Notes: generated from the sequence alone by a model not told the origin. A stretch of 32,000 bases of DNA from Pyrodictium abyssi (GCF_036323395.1 NZ_AP028907.1:556218-588217), one strand, 5' to 3'; shown: positions 24,402 through 32,000, counted from the stretch's first letter. Numbers and translations: made by a program.

Positions 24402-25460
24402 ATGGCGCCCATTCAAGGGGTCCTAGGAGGGGATCCGGGTCTGCCGGCTGAGGTTCTCGGGTGTAGGGTCTACCTGAACCGGCTAGCCGGGCCGGAGCCC
24501 CTGCTGGTTGCAGACTGCACTGTGGCCGGCACGGTGGCCTCTAGGGACGAGGCCCGTGCTGGGCTAGAGAGCCTCCTCCGGCTCCTAGGCGAGGTGCTCG
24601 GCCCGGGCGGGCTCGAGCCCGTGGACTATGGCGTGGAGCCGCTCGCGCGCCGGAGGTTCACTGTGCATAGTAGCCGGCTGCGGGGCGGCGGCGAGGCCCG
24701 GCTCGTGGAGGCCCGGGGCACAGCGCTAGCGGCCGCAGCAGTGCTCCCCGCGGGCACGGTGGCCCGGGTGGACCCCGGCGCCAGGGAGAGGCTCGAGAGG
24801 GGCGAGGCCATTAGGCTGGGCGAGGCCCTAGAGCCGCCCGTCTACCTCCCCGGGCCCGTGCTCGAGCCCGGCGACGGCAGGCCGGCCGGCCAGAAGGCTA
24901 TACCGCGCTTCGTCACCTACGCCGCCGAGGGGCTCCCCGGGGCCACGCCCAGCACCCCGGCTATACGGGTCTACACGCCCCAGGGCACGTACGTCGTGGA
25001 CCAGGAGGCCCTCCTGGAGGCGGCTGGGTGGCTTGTGCTAGACATGCACTGCGTCACGGGCTGGAGCGTCGAGGGGAAGCGCTGGCTCGCTGCCCCGCTA
25101 CGCGAGGTCCTCCGCCGCGCTGGCGCCCCGGTGCCCAGCGGGGGCTGGCTGCTGGCCCGCAGCGCCGGGGGCTACTCCTCCGTCGCTCCGCTCGGGGAGG
25201 CCCTCGAGCACGGCTACATAGCCGTGGGCCTGGAGGGCGGGCCGCTCAGCCAGGACCGCGGCGCGCCGGCGAGGCTGCTGCTCCCCAGGCTCTATGGCTG
25301 GAAGCACGCCAAGTGGCTCGCCGAGATACACATCCTCACAGGCTACGTCGACGGCTACTGGGAGGCAAGGGGCTACCACGAGCGCGGCCTCGTAGCCCTA
25401 GAGGAGCGGTTCAAGATCCGCAACCCAGAGCTCCTGGAGGCGGCCGCGCGGCAGGCGTGA
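24402..25460 (+). CDS. Sulfite-oxidase-family molybdopterin-binding oxidoreductase domain protein with an unassigned N-terminal domain
   Basis: 352 aa. The C-terminal roughly 160 aa carry LDMHCVTGWSVEGKRWLAAPLREVL, GGPLSQDRGAPARLLLPRLYGWKHAKWLAEI and YWEARGYH (Oxidored_molyb hallmarks). The N-terminal roughly 190 aa has no recognisable family, signal peptide or TM segment. Confidence 0.75.
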   Translation: MAPIQGVLGGDPGLPAEVLGCRVYLNRLAGPEPLLVADCTVAGTVASRDEARAGLESLLRLLGEVLGPGGLEPVDYGVEPLARRRFTVHSSRLRGGGEARLVEARGTALAAAAVLPAGTVARVDPGARERLERGEAIRLGEALEPPVYLPGPVLEPGDGRPAGQKAIPRFVTYAAEGLPGATPSTPAIRVYTPQGTYVVDQEALLEAAGWLVLDMHCVTGWSVEGKRWLAAPLREVLRRAGAPVPSGGWLLARSAGGYSSVAPLGEALEHGYIAVGLEGGPLSQDRGAPARLLLPRLYGWKHAKWLAEIHILTGYVDGYWEARGYHERGLVALEERFKIRNPELLEAAARQA

Positions 25461-25563
25461 GAGGGCCCCGGAGGGTAGATAGGAGGGCACGCGTAGCCAC
25501 GCTCCTAGTCCGGATAGAGGGGGCGCAGCAGAGGCTCAGCCGAGCAGGGGGTGCCGGCAGACA

Positions 25564-26001
25564 TTGGCGCGCGTGAGGGTTGAGGCGGAGGCGCGGCCCA
25601 CCGAGGACGTGGAGAAGGTCAAGCGCGCTATACTCAATGTGTTTGCGCCGGACCGGCTCTGGGTCGAGGACCTGGGCCGCGGCTACCGGCTCGTGGTAGC
25701 CGAGTCGTATAGCCTGCGGGGGCTGCTGCGGCTCCACGAGAGGCTGCGCCGCGAGCGGATACTCGACGCTGCGCGGGGCTACATGCTCCGCGGGATAGAC
25801 CGGGGCGTCCTGGTGTTCCGGCTGAACAAGCAGGCCGCCTACGTTGGCCGCGTAAGCCTCGTGGACATGGACGCTGAGGCGGCCCTGGGCCCGATAACCT
25901 TCATCGTGGAGCACCGGGACCCGAGGGCGGTCGTAGACTGGCTAGCGCCCCCGACCCGTATGGGCCGGCCGCTTTACGAGAACCCCATGCCCGAGGACTA
26001 G
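25564..26001 (+). CDS. UPF0201 family archaeal protein (COG1931-like, putative RNA-binding)
   Basis: RVEAEARPTEDVEKVKRAILNVF matches the conserved UPF0201 N-terminus. The likely true start is GTG 25573. Confidence 0.7.
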   Translation: MARVRVEAEARPTEDVEKVKRAILNVFAPDRLWVEDLGRGYRLVVAESYSLRGLLRLHERLRRERILDAARGYMLRGIDRGVLVFRLNKQAAYVGRVSLVDMDAEAALGPITFIVEHRDPRAVVDWLAPPTRMGRPLYENPMPED

Positions 26002-26090
26002 GGCTGGGCAAGCCCCCAGGCTGCAGCCCGGCTGCTTCTACGCCCCAGCGGCCCCGGCGGGGCTGGAAGCCTATTTACATGTTGTAGAAA

Positions 26091-26312
26091 GTGGATGCCG
26101 TCGGGGAGACCGTGTCTAGGGTTATACGTGCCCGCTACGAGAAGGGCGTGCTGAAGCCCCTAGAAGAGCTGGGGCTCGAGGAAGGCGAGGAGGTTGAGAT
26201 CGTTATAAGGAGGAGAGCCTACGCTAAGAAGCTCCTAGGCAAGTACAGGGTTGAGGGGCTCCCTTCGGACAAGCATCTACTGCTAGACGAGGTCTACGGC
26301 GGTGAAGCCTAG
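26091..26312 (+). CDS. DUF104/AF2212-like antitoxin
   Basis: IRARYEKGVLKPLEELGLEEGEEVEIVIRR is the DUF104 signature. Possible start at GTG 26112. Overlaps the downstream PIN start by 11 nt. Confidence 0.75.
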   Translation: MDAVGETVSRVIRARYEKGVLKPLEELGLEEGEEVEIVIRRRAYAKKLLGKYRVEGLPSDKHLLLDEVYGGEA

Positions 26313-26758
26313 AGCGTGCCTCGATACAACTATTCTCGTGGACTACCTCGTTAACGGTGTTGACAACATATCAAGGTACGCTACCGTGTATAGGCTCGTG
26401 GTCCCCTCGTCCGTGCTATGGGAGACCACCTATATCCTCCTCAAGGCCAAGGCTATGCGGGACACGGGGATCCGTAGACACCTTCGAGGTCATCAGGTAC
26501 CTACGGGGAAACCCCGGCTTACGTGAAGAACGCTACTAGGGAGATACACGGAGATATCCACGCCCTCCTCGGGTCCTACGGTGTCCGCGTCCTGGGAGTC
26601 CCGCGTTACGGGGAGATGGTGGAGGAGATGGAGAGGTACGGGCTACTGCCCAGCGATGCTCTCGTCGTGCTACCTGTAGGAGGCACGGCGTAAATATACT
26701 CATAACCAGGGATGAGGACTTCAAGAGGGTGGATTTCCTCCGCGTGATTATACCCTAG
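26302..26758 (+). pseudogene. PIN-domain toxin (VapC-like) disrupted by three frameshifts
   Basis: Four pieces in different frames. (1) MKPRACLDTTILVDYL...SVLWETTYILLKAKAMRDTG. (2) SVDTFEVIRYLRGNPGL. (3) VKNATREIHGDIHALLGSYGVRVLGVPRYGEMVEEMERYGLLPSDALVV. (4) ATCRRHGVNILITRDEDFKRVDFLRVIIP, stop at 26756-26758. Together they give all four PIN acidic positions (D, E, D, D). Confidence 0.75.
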
Positions 26759-26888
26759 CTCTACGCCAGTAGCCACGGCTGTACCGCGTCTCCGGTGCTG
26801 CCGCCCTGTAGCTGCTGTGCGTATGTACTTCCCACGTCCATTCGGAGACCCGGGGCTGGCTAGGAGGGTGTGCGGGGAAAGAGCCCTG

Positions 26889-27635
26889 CTAGAGGCCTAG
26901 CTGCTCTAGGAGCTTCCTGGCTATCTGCTCTGTGTCCCTGGCCATCTCGGTGGCTAGGAGCTTCTCGGGGCTGCCTAGGGCGTCTTCTACGCCTGGGTCG
27001 TAGCGTATGCGGCCTAGGTAGCGGGCCTTGTACCGCTCGGCGAGCTCCTCGAGGCTGCCTGGGCCTGTGGCCATGTTCTCTACGAGGTAGCGGTCTACGC
27101 CCTGCTCTTCTAGGATGGCTAGTAGCCGTTCAACGCCTACGCGGGCTAGCCGGGAGGGGGTGGCGACGGCTAGGACTCTGGGCCCGGGGAGGTACTCGAG
27201 TGTGTCGAGGGCCTCGTCGCGGAGCCCCGGCGGGGTGTCCACGACGAGGAGGTCTAGCTCGCCCCAGTTGGTGACCGCTAGCACCTCCCGGATCGCGTCG
27301 TCTACGGCGTGGCCGCGGAGCGGGGTCGGCTTATCCCAGGTGTAGAACGCTACGGTCATGAACCTGACGCCCGCCACCTCTGGGGGTACTACGCCGTCCC
27401 TCTCCTCGGGCTGGAGCCTCCTCGGGTCGACGCCGAGGGCTATGTGGGCGGAGGGGCTGGTGACGTCGAGGTCTAGGAGGCCTACCCGGCGGCCCATCCG
27501 GGCCGCGTGGAGCGCGGTCAGCACCGCTACCAGGGTCTTGCCGACGCCGCCCTTAGCGCTCATAACCGGGACTACCGCCTTCACCCTGGAGAGCATCAGC
27601 CTGGCCCCGGCCAGCCGGGGGTCGATGGAGCCCAT
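26889..27635 (-). CDS. Mrp/MinD/ParA-family P-loop ATPase, probably the ATPase-type HypB partner of HypA
   Basis: Taken from ATG 27635. An alternative GTG 27656 forms a GTGA overlap with the hypA stop. Deviant Walker A SAKGGVGKT and DLLVVDTPPG. The track's 394-aa version is an out-of-frame extension over hypA. Confidence 0.75.
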   Translation of the reverse strand: MGSIDPRLAGARLMLSRVKAVVPVMSAKGGVGKTLVAVLTALHAARMGRRVGLLDLDVTSPSAHIALGVDPRRLQPEERDGVVPPEVAGVRFMTVAFYTWDKPTPLRGHAVDDAIREVLAVTNWGELDLLVVDTPPGLRDEALDTLEYLPGPRVLAVATPSRLARVGVERLLAILEEQGVDRYLVENMATGPGSLEELAERYKARYLGRIRYDPGVEDALGSPEKLLATEMARDTEQIARKLLEQLGL

Positions 27636-27652
27636 ACGCTCCACGCCCGGCG

Positions 27653-28060
27653 TCACCCCGCGGTCTCCTCCGAGCGCTTGACGGCTAGGGCTAGGCGGAC
27701 GCCGCGGCCACTGGTTATCTCGTAGTCGCGGCTCCCGCAGAACGGGCAGCGGACGAAGCTGTAGACCGCCTCGGGGACGAAGTGTATGGCCTCGCGCGTG
27801 GCCTCGTCGAGCTCCACGGCGTCTAGGCCCCACTCGCGGCCGCAGACGCGGCAGCGGAACCGGGCGGGCTCTGTCTCGTAGCGCACCCGGGCCCCGGGCG
27901 CGATCTGGGGCAGAGCCTCGCCCAGGTAGGTCTCGACAACCCCCCGGTCGACGTTCTGGAGCTCGCCGAGGTAGACGACTATCTCCTCCAGCTCGTAGCC
28001 CCTCTTGACGGCCTCCTCGACCTCGGCTATAATGGCGCGTATGAGGGCCCACTCGTGCAA
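27653..28060 (-). CDS. hypA: Hydrogenase/Ni-enzyme maturation nickel metallochaperone HypA
   Basis: 135 aa. Has the N-terminal MHEW nickel-site motif and a CRVCG...CPFCG zinc-site pair with an insertion between them, as in archaeal HypA. Confidence 0.85.
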   Translation of the reverse strand: MHEWALIRAIIAEVEEAVKRGYELEEIVVYLGELQNVDRGVVETYLGEALPQIAPGARVRYETEPARFRCRVCGREWGLDAVELDEATREAIHFVPEAVYSFVRCPFCGSRDYEITSGRGVRLALAVKRSEETAG

Positions 28061-28113
28061 GAACCCGGCACACCCAGGGAGGACGGGAGGTGCACCAAGA
28101 GGGGTTGAAGAGC

Positions 28114-28548
28114 CTAGCCCCCGTCGCTACACCTGCTAGCTACGCGCAGGATGCGGAGCGCCAGCAGCGCCGCGTTCTCCGCCGCGCCTATACCCACCCC
28201 GGCCACCGGCACGCCGCGCGGCATCTGGACTATCGAGAGCAGCGCGTCCACGCCCCGCAGCGGCCCTGCCGGCACCGGCACGCCTATGACCGGCTTAGCG
28301 GTCCGGGACGCTATGTAGCCGGGCAGCGCCGCCGAGAGCCCCGCCATGGCTATGTACACGTCTATCCCCTCGTCGTTCTCCCTAATGTAGCGGTCCAGCG
28401 CCTCCGGGTCCCGGTGCGCGCTAAGCACCCGCACCTCCGTCTCCACCCCAGCCTCCCTGAGCACCCTCTCCGCCCGCTCAGCATACTCCATGTCGCTCCG
28501 GCTCCCGATGATGATGGCCACCCGGCCACGGCACGCAGAGCCGGACAC
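28114..28548 (-). CDS. purE: 5-(carboxyamino)imidazole ribonucleotide mutase / AIR carboxylase catalytic subunit
   Basis: 144 aa. Contains [42 protein letters not shown] and PVIGVPV motifs. Confidence 0.9.
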   Translation of the reverse strand: MSGSACRGRVAIIIGSRSDMEYAERAERVLREAGVETEVRVLSAHRDPEALDRYIRENDEGIDVYIAMAGLSAALPGYIASRTAKPVIGVPVPAGPLRGVDALLSIVQMPRGVPVAGVGIGAAENAALLALRILRVASRCSDGG

Positions 28549-28774
28549 AGCCCGTCTACACCCCCACGTACACGCCTCCCCTGGGGCCCACTTGGGGCGG
28601 GCCCAGGGCCTCTACGCGGCCAAGTGCCAAGCCAGAGGGCTATAAAAGGCCTGGGGACAGCCCGGGGTGCACGGCTACGCGGGGATAGCTCTGCGAGGCG
28701 CCCGGGACCCCGGAGCTAAACGTTATCCCCGGGCTCAGCGAGACAGCCTTGCATGGTTCGTATGGGCGGTAGCT

Positions 28775-29055
28775 GTGGCAAAGAAGCGAGGCGCTCTAGC
28801 CATAGTTATCCCGGAGGACATTGTGGCTGCTGCAAAGGCCCCCGGGCAGGAGTTCGAGCGCGTAGCCAGGATAGAGCTTGCAGTGGCGCTGTACGCTCAC
28901 GGGATACCCGGCCTCGGCCAGGCTCGGAGGCTCGCAGGACTGTCGAAGCGGGCTTCCTCGAGGAGCTAGCCCGGAGAGGCATAGAGAGGCACTATACCGA
29001 GGAGGAGCTAGAGGATGACCTCCAGTTCGCCGAGGCGCAGGCTAGTAGTGTCTAA
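28775..29055 (+). pseudogene. UPF0175-family antitoxin-like protein with one frameshift; no adjacent toxin
   Basis: From GTG 28775 the sequence reads MAKKRGALAIVIPEDIV...ARIELAVALYAHGIPGLGQARRLAGLSKR. It then continues in the -1 frame as FLEELARRGIERHYTEEELEDDLQFAEAQASSV, with the joint in cgggcttcc at about 28945-28955. Together these match the UPF0175 pattern. Confidence 0.6.
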
Positions 29056-29093
29056 CAGTAGTCCTCTCATCCGCTTAGTCTCATTCACTAGGC

Positions 29094-29669
29094 CTAGCTG
29101 GCTCTGCCGCGCTGTACGCGGCCGCGGATTCTCCTAGCCCCGAGCACGGCGAGCACAGTGCCTACGAGCCACACTGCTTCGCCCGGCAGTCCGCCCCACG
29201 GGAGGAACCCGAGCGGTAGCCCAGCGAGCTGGAGAGCTACACCAGCCCGGACCATGCGGCCGCAGGGCTCGCTTCCCAGCCTCCAGAGACCCACAGCTAC
29301 TAGCATCGTGCCCACAAACCCTGCCACAATGCCGGCAAAGGCTAGCGCCATAGCCGCGAACACGAGCATGCTGGCGTAGCCGCCGAGGGACGACGCGCAG
29401 CCAGCAGAGGCTGCACGGCCAGCAGCCAAGGCGAGCCCCGCAATAGCTAGCGCCATCAGGGCTAGGCTAGCAGCTTCGAGCCTGGCGCCGGTCAGGCCTA
29501 CGCCGTAGCCCGGCCGGTAGAGCCTCAGCAAGCCAAACCCCTTCCAGAGAAGGTAGACCGGCAGGGAGTAGACCGCGAGATGCGCGAAGACCGCGATAAA
29601 GACCCCCACAGGCGGCGGGCCCTCAGCAGCCCGGGGAGCCCTATCCAGCACCGCTACAGGATAGTCCAC
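29094..29669 (-). CDS. Hypothetical polytopic membrane protein
   Basis: 191 aa with a GTG start and 5-6 hydrophobic helices. Ala/Gly/Leu richness makes a GC-driven artefact possible. Confidence 0.45.
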   Translation of the reverse strand: MDYPVAVLDRAPRAAEGPPPVGVFIAVFAHLAVYSLPVYLLWKGFGLLRLYRPGYGVGLTGARLEAASLALMALAIAGLALAAGRAASAGCASSLGGYASMLVFAAMALAFAGIVAGFVGTMLVAVGLWRLGSEPCGRMVRAGVALQLAGLPLGFLPWGGLPGEAVWLVGTVLAVLGARRIRGRVQRGRAS

Positions 29670-29755
29670 GAAGACAATAGCTCTATTACGAACATCTTGT
29701 AGAACGCCCTGTCATCCTCGCCCGGCACGACTATAAGAACGCGCTTCACCGTCAT
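29654..29755 (-). pseudogene. 33-aa remnant resembling the N-terminus of a Toprim/DUF4276/DUF3226-type partner protein
   Basis: Unlisted ORF with ATG 29755, preceded by GGGAGGAA 8 nt upstream and 20 nt after the ATPase stop. Reads MTVKRVLIVVPGEDDRAFYKMFVIELLSSWTIL; the hhhhh-(E/P)G-E/D-D-xxF pattern resembles Toprim motif 1. It then terminates. Confidence 0.35.
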
Positions 29756-29775
29756 TGCGGGCGTTCCTCCCGCCC

Positions 29776-31148
29776 CTAGGCTCTGCGGAGGTCTAGGGCC
29801 GGCTCTTCCACCATGCCTAGCGCGTCCTCGCCCTCCCAGGAGCCCTTCACCGTGACCCTGCCGCGTACGAGCTGGAGGTGCTTGACCACAGTTCCCCCAG
29901 TACCCCGGCCTCCCTTGCCGCGTGGAGGAGGGCCTTCAGCATCTCTATGCTCTGCGTTGCTACGAGCACCTGGTTCCCCCTCAGCCACTATGCTGGCTAC
30001 GAGCCCCGCAACAGCCTCGAGGCCGTCAGGGTGCACAAAGGCCTCCGGAGTATCCACCAGGGCCAGGGAGCCACGCGGCGAAGCAGCATAGAGGAGTCCC
30101 AGGAGCACAGCAGCACGCTGCCCATCACTCAGCCGGTAGACGCTTATCCTCCTGCCACAGGTGCTCCTCGCGTGCAGCTCGCGGCCAATTAGCTCAAAGC
30201 CACTAAACCGGGGTATGAAGGCCCGCAGGAGCCGCACTGCGTCCCGCTCCCTGGGCAGCCCGCGCTGCTTGACACTGTCGTAGTAGAGGGACTCGAACAT
30301 GAACGGGCGATACGCGAAACCCGGGTGAAACACAAGGATACTCTTCCTTGTATCTAATGGTGTACTCCTCTCGAAGCGACGGCTTGCCGCCATAGAGTGT
30401 ATAAGCCAAGTACAGATTGCCCTTATAGAGTCGAATGTATGAGGGAAGTGCCCCTCTAGCACCAAAACGGGGAGACGTTGAAAGCTCGTATTCCTCTCCT
30501 AGCACGTCATGTAGCATATGCAGCAGGTCGCTCAACCTGATCCTTATACTCAGAGAACCATATGGAAACTCATTCATTATTTCTTCTATGCCTTGATAGA
30601 ATGACTCAATCACACGAAGCGTATCCTTCAATGTTAAGCTATAGGCTTCCGAATCGACTATTCTTCCAACAATATGGGGTCTTATACGCGTAAACATATG
30701 ATCCAGCGACAGAGGGTCGGCAGCCTTAACCAGTATCGCTTACACGTTCTATGCCATAATCTTCGCCATTCCCGCTCTCTTCTGATTCTCTAACGAGACC
30801 GGCTAAGAACGATGGAATCGCAGTCTGTTGCCTCATAGTCCTTATCATTGCAAGCGCCGGTGCTATGCTCTCCCCATGCCCTGTCAGTGCAACGGTATAG
30901 CCTAGAGCCTCTAGAAGCGACGTCTTACCAGACGCATTGCGGCCCACTATGATGGTGAAGCGCTGGAGACCGTTGACATCTACCTCTAGGCCCTCCAGCT
31001 CGCCTTCGCTAATGTACGGTAGATATGCCTTAACCTCTTCTATATGTGTCACAGCCACCTCTACCCCAAAGACACGACTATACCGAGAAGCACAATAAAT
31101 GGTCCTATGCCGAGAAAAGCCGGTACCTCGGTTAGGCTCTATCCGCAT
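29776..31148 (-). pseudogene. ABC-type / AAA_21-like ATPase (abortive-infection or OLD/PARIS AriA-like class) with at least 4 frameshifts
   Basis: Five pieces. (1) VTHIEEVKAYLPYISEGELEGLEVDVNGLQRFTIIVGRNASGKTSLLEAL, carrying Walker A; the likely real start is GTG about 31052-31058. (2) Frame 2, AILVKAADPLSLDHMFTRIRP...REEYTIRYKEE. (3) Frame 3, ILVFHPGF...YRLSDGQRAAVLLGLL (signature-like) ...SLALVDTPEAFVHP (Walker B). (4) Out of frame, NQVLVATQSIEMLKALLHAAREAGVLGE (H-loop region). (5) Back in frame, TVVKHLQLVRGRVTVKGSWEGEDAL. The last two shifts sit in C5 runs at 29976-29980 and 29894-29898. Confidence 0.7.
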
Positions 31149-31361
31149 TAGGTTGTATATAGCGAGAATCCCAGTATCTCAGCAAAGACTAGACTACATC
31201 CTACTTCAACGCTGAGAAGACCGGGCTACAGAGCCACCAGCTACAACAGAATACAGCAAGCACACTATAATGCCACATAGCAACGATAGCAAATTAATAG
31301 CAAATTACTATGTTTATCCTAGTGCCCCTTCTGCCGGGTAGTCCCGATTCTTGCCTATGCT

Positions 31362-32000
31362 CTAGGCTTGGCGGGCTATAATGCTTCTTATGAGCTGCTG
31401 GTAGCGTCTCGCGGCAGGTGTGTCGGCTAGGTCGAGCTTGTCTAGCGCCGCTCTAACGTCTATGCCGCAGTGGCGTTCTGCCGGGACGAGTACTGGTGTC
31501 CCGCCTCCCCCGGCGCAGGCTGCTAGGAAGAGGACTGGCTCGTACTTGGCGTAGTCGCGGGAGCAGCGGCTGCTGGGGCAGCGGCTGCATGCCTGCGGCG
31601 CCTCTGCCGGCTCGTAGCTGTACTTCTCCTCGAGCATCTCCCCTAGCACGTCCTCTACTGTGCCGCGGCAGGGGCTGCCGCTGCACCAGAACGATATGTA
31701 GCTGGTCCTCCGCGCCCCCTGGCTCACAACCGTTACCTCGAGGAGCGGGGGCGGCTGCGGGCCGCGCTTCAGCCTGGTCTCGACGGCTAGTCCTCGCCTC
31801 TTCGCGTGCCTCTCCAGCACCCTGATGACCTCTTGCACCCGCTTGTCGACGCCTGCGTCGGCGTCGATAATGCCTAGTATCGTTGCCCGGGAAGCAGCTA
31901 GCCCCACCGTCTGCCTCACCACGCCCGTCCATCCCCCGGCTAGCTCGGCCTCGGCGTCTACGCCAGCCTTGCCCGCGAGCCACTCGGCTAGAGCAGCGTC
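31362..32000 (-). CDS. Hypothetical Cys-rich protein, C-terminal part (gene open to the window edge)
   Basis: The reading frame is open upstream of the listed GTG 31922 to position 32000 (DAALAEWLAGKAGVDAEAELAGGWTG...). Contains ILGIIDADAG (a beta-strand plus DxD) and cysteine clusters FWCSGSPC and CSRCPSSRC. Confidence 0.5.
   Translation of the reverse strand, partial: DAALAEWLAGKAGVDAEAELAGGWTGVVRQTVGLAASRATILGIIDADAGVDKRVQEVIRVLERHAKRRGLAVETRLKRGPQPPPLLEVTVVSQGARRTSYISFWCSGSPCRGTVEDVLGEMLEEKYSYEPAEAPQACSRCPSSRCSRDYAKYEPVLFLAACAGGGGTPVLVPAERHCGIDVRAALDKLDLADTPAARRYQQLIRSIIARQA

Noticed and set aside
27636-28073. N-terminal 146-aa extension of the Mrp/MinD ATPase ORF (track 26889..28073)
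   Set aside because: It lies out of frame over the well-supported hypA gene and is Arg/Pro/Gly-rich. The ATPase homology begins at MGSIDPRL.
20556-30745. Programmed ribosomal frameshifting as an explanation for the split genes
   Set aside because: There are too many independent sites, up to 3-4 in one gene. No shared slippery heptamer or downstream structure was seen, and both +1 and -1 directions occur. Decay or sequence error is more parsimonious.

Overview
High-GC (about 60% by eye) archaeal chromosome segment. AGG/ATA/CTA-rich codon usage, frequent GTG/TTG starts, 4-nt start/stop overlaps, a PaREP1-like protein, UPF0201 and an archaeal-type HypA point to a hyperthermophilic crenarchaeon (Thermoprotei); the exact taxon cannot be determined without a search. 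No rRNA, tRNA, CRISPR array, integrase or transposase was recognised.

Intact core genes:
- A CoA-themed block: double hot-dog acyl-CoA thioesterase, panE and panB on the plus strand; acs and CoA-transferase A/B on the minus strand.
- An ABC-2 exporter pair.
- A Tat-dependent molybdopterin oxidoreductase encoded in the unusual order membrane anchor, catalytic subunit, Fe-S subunit.
- A sulfite-oxidase-family Mo-domain protein, UPF0201, hypA with an Mrp/MinD-type ATPase, and purE.

Accessory genes are interleaved with these:
- Four PIN toxin loci: two paralogous PIN_3 pairs, one AbrB-VapBC pair and one DUF104-PIN pair.
- An orphan UPF0175 antitoxin.
- A PaREP1 (HEPN-like) plus HExxH protein pair.
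- A fragmented SAM methyltransferase.
- A fragmented ABC-type (AAA_21-like) ATPase with a Toprim-like remnant downstream.
- A compact locus at about 21.3-23.7 kb. An Fe-S protein and an 18-heptad coiled-coil PD-(D/E)XK protein form one operon, transcribed divergently from a wHTH-PD-(D/E)XK protein.

Best candidate for an uncharacterised system: the 21.3-23.7 kb locus, as a DNA-targeting or defence-type module.

A second theme is selective decay. Hand translation finds about 12 frameshifts, all in accessory, toxin-antitoxin or defence-type genes. All long housekeeping ORFs, up to 876 aa, are intact.

All functional calls rest on motif recognition by eye. No database search was run.
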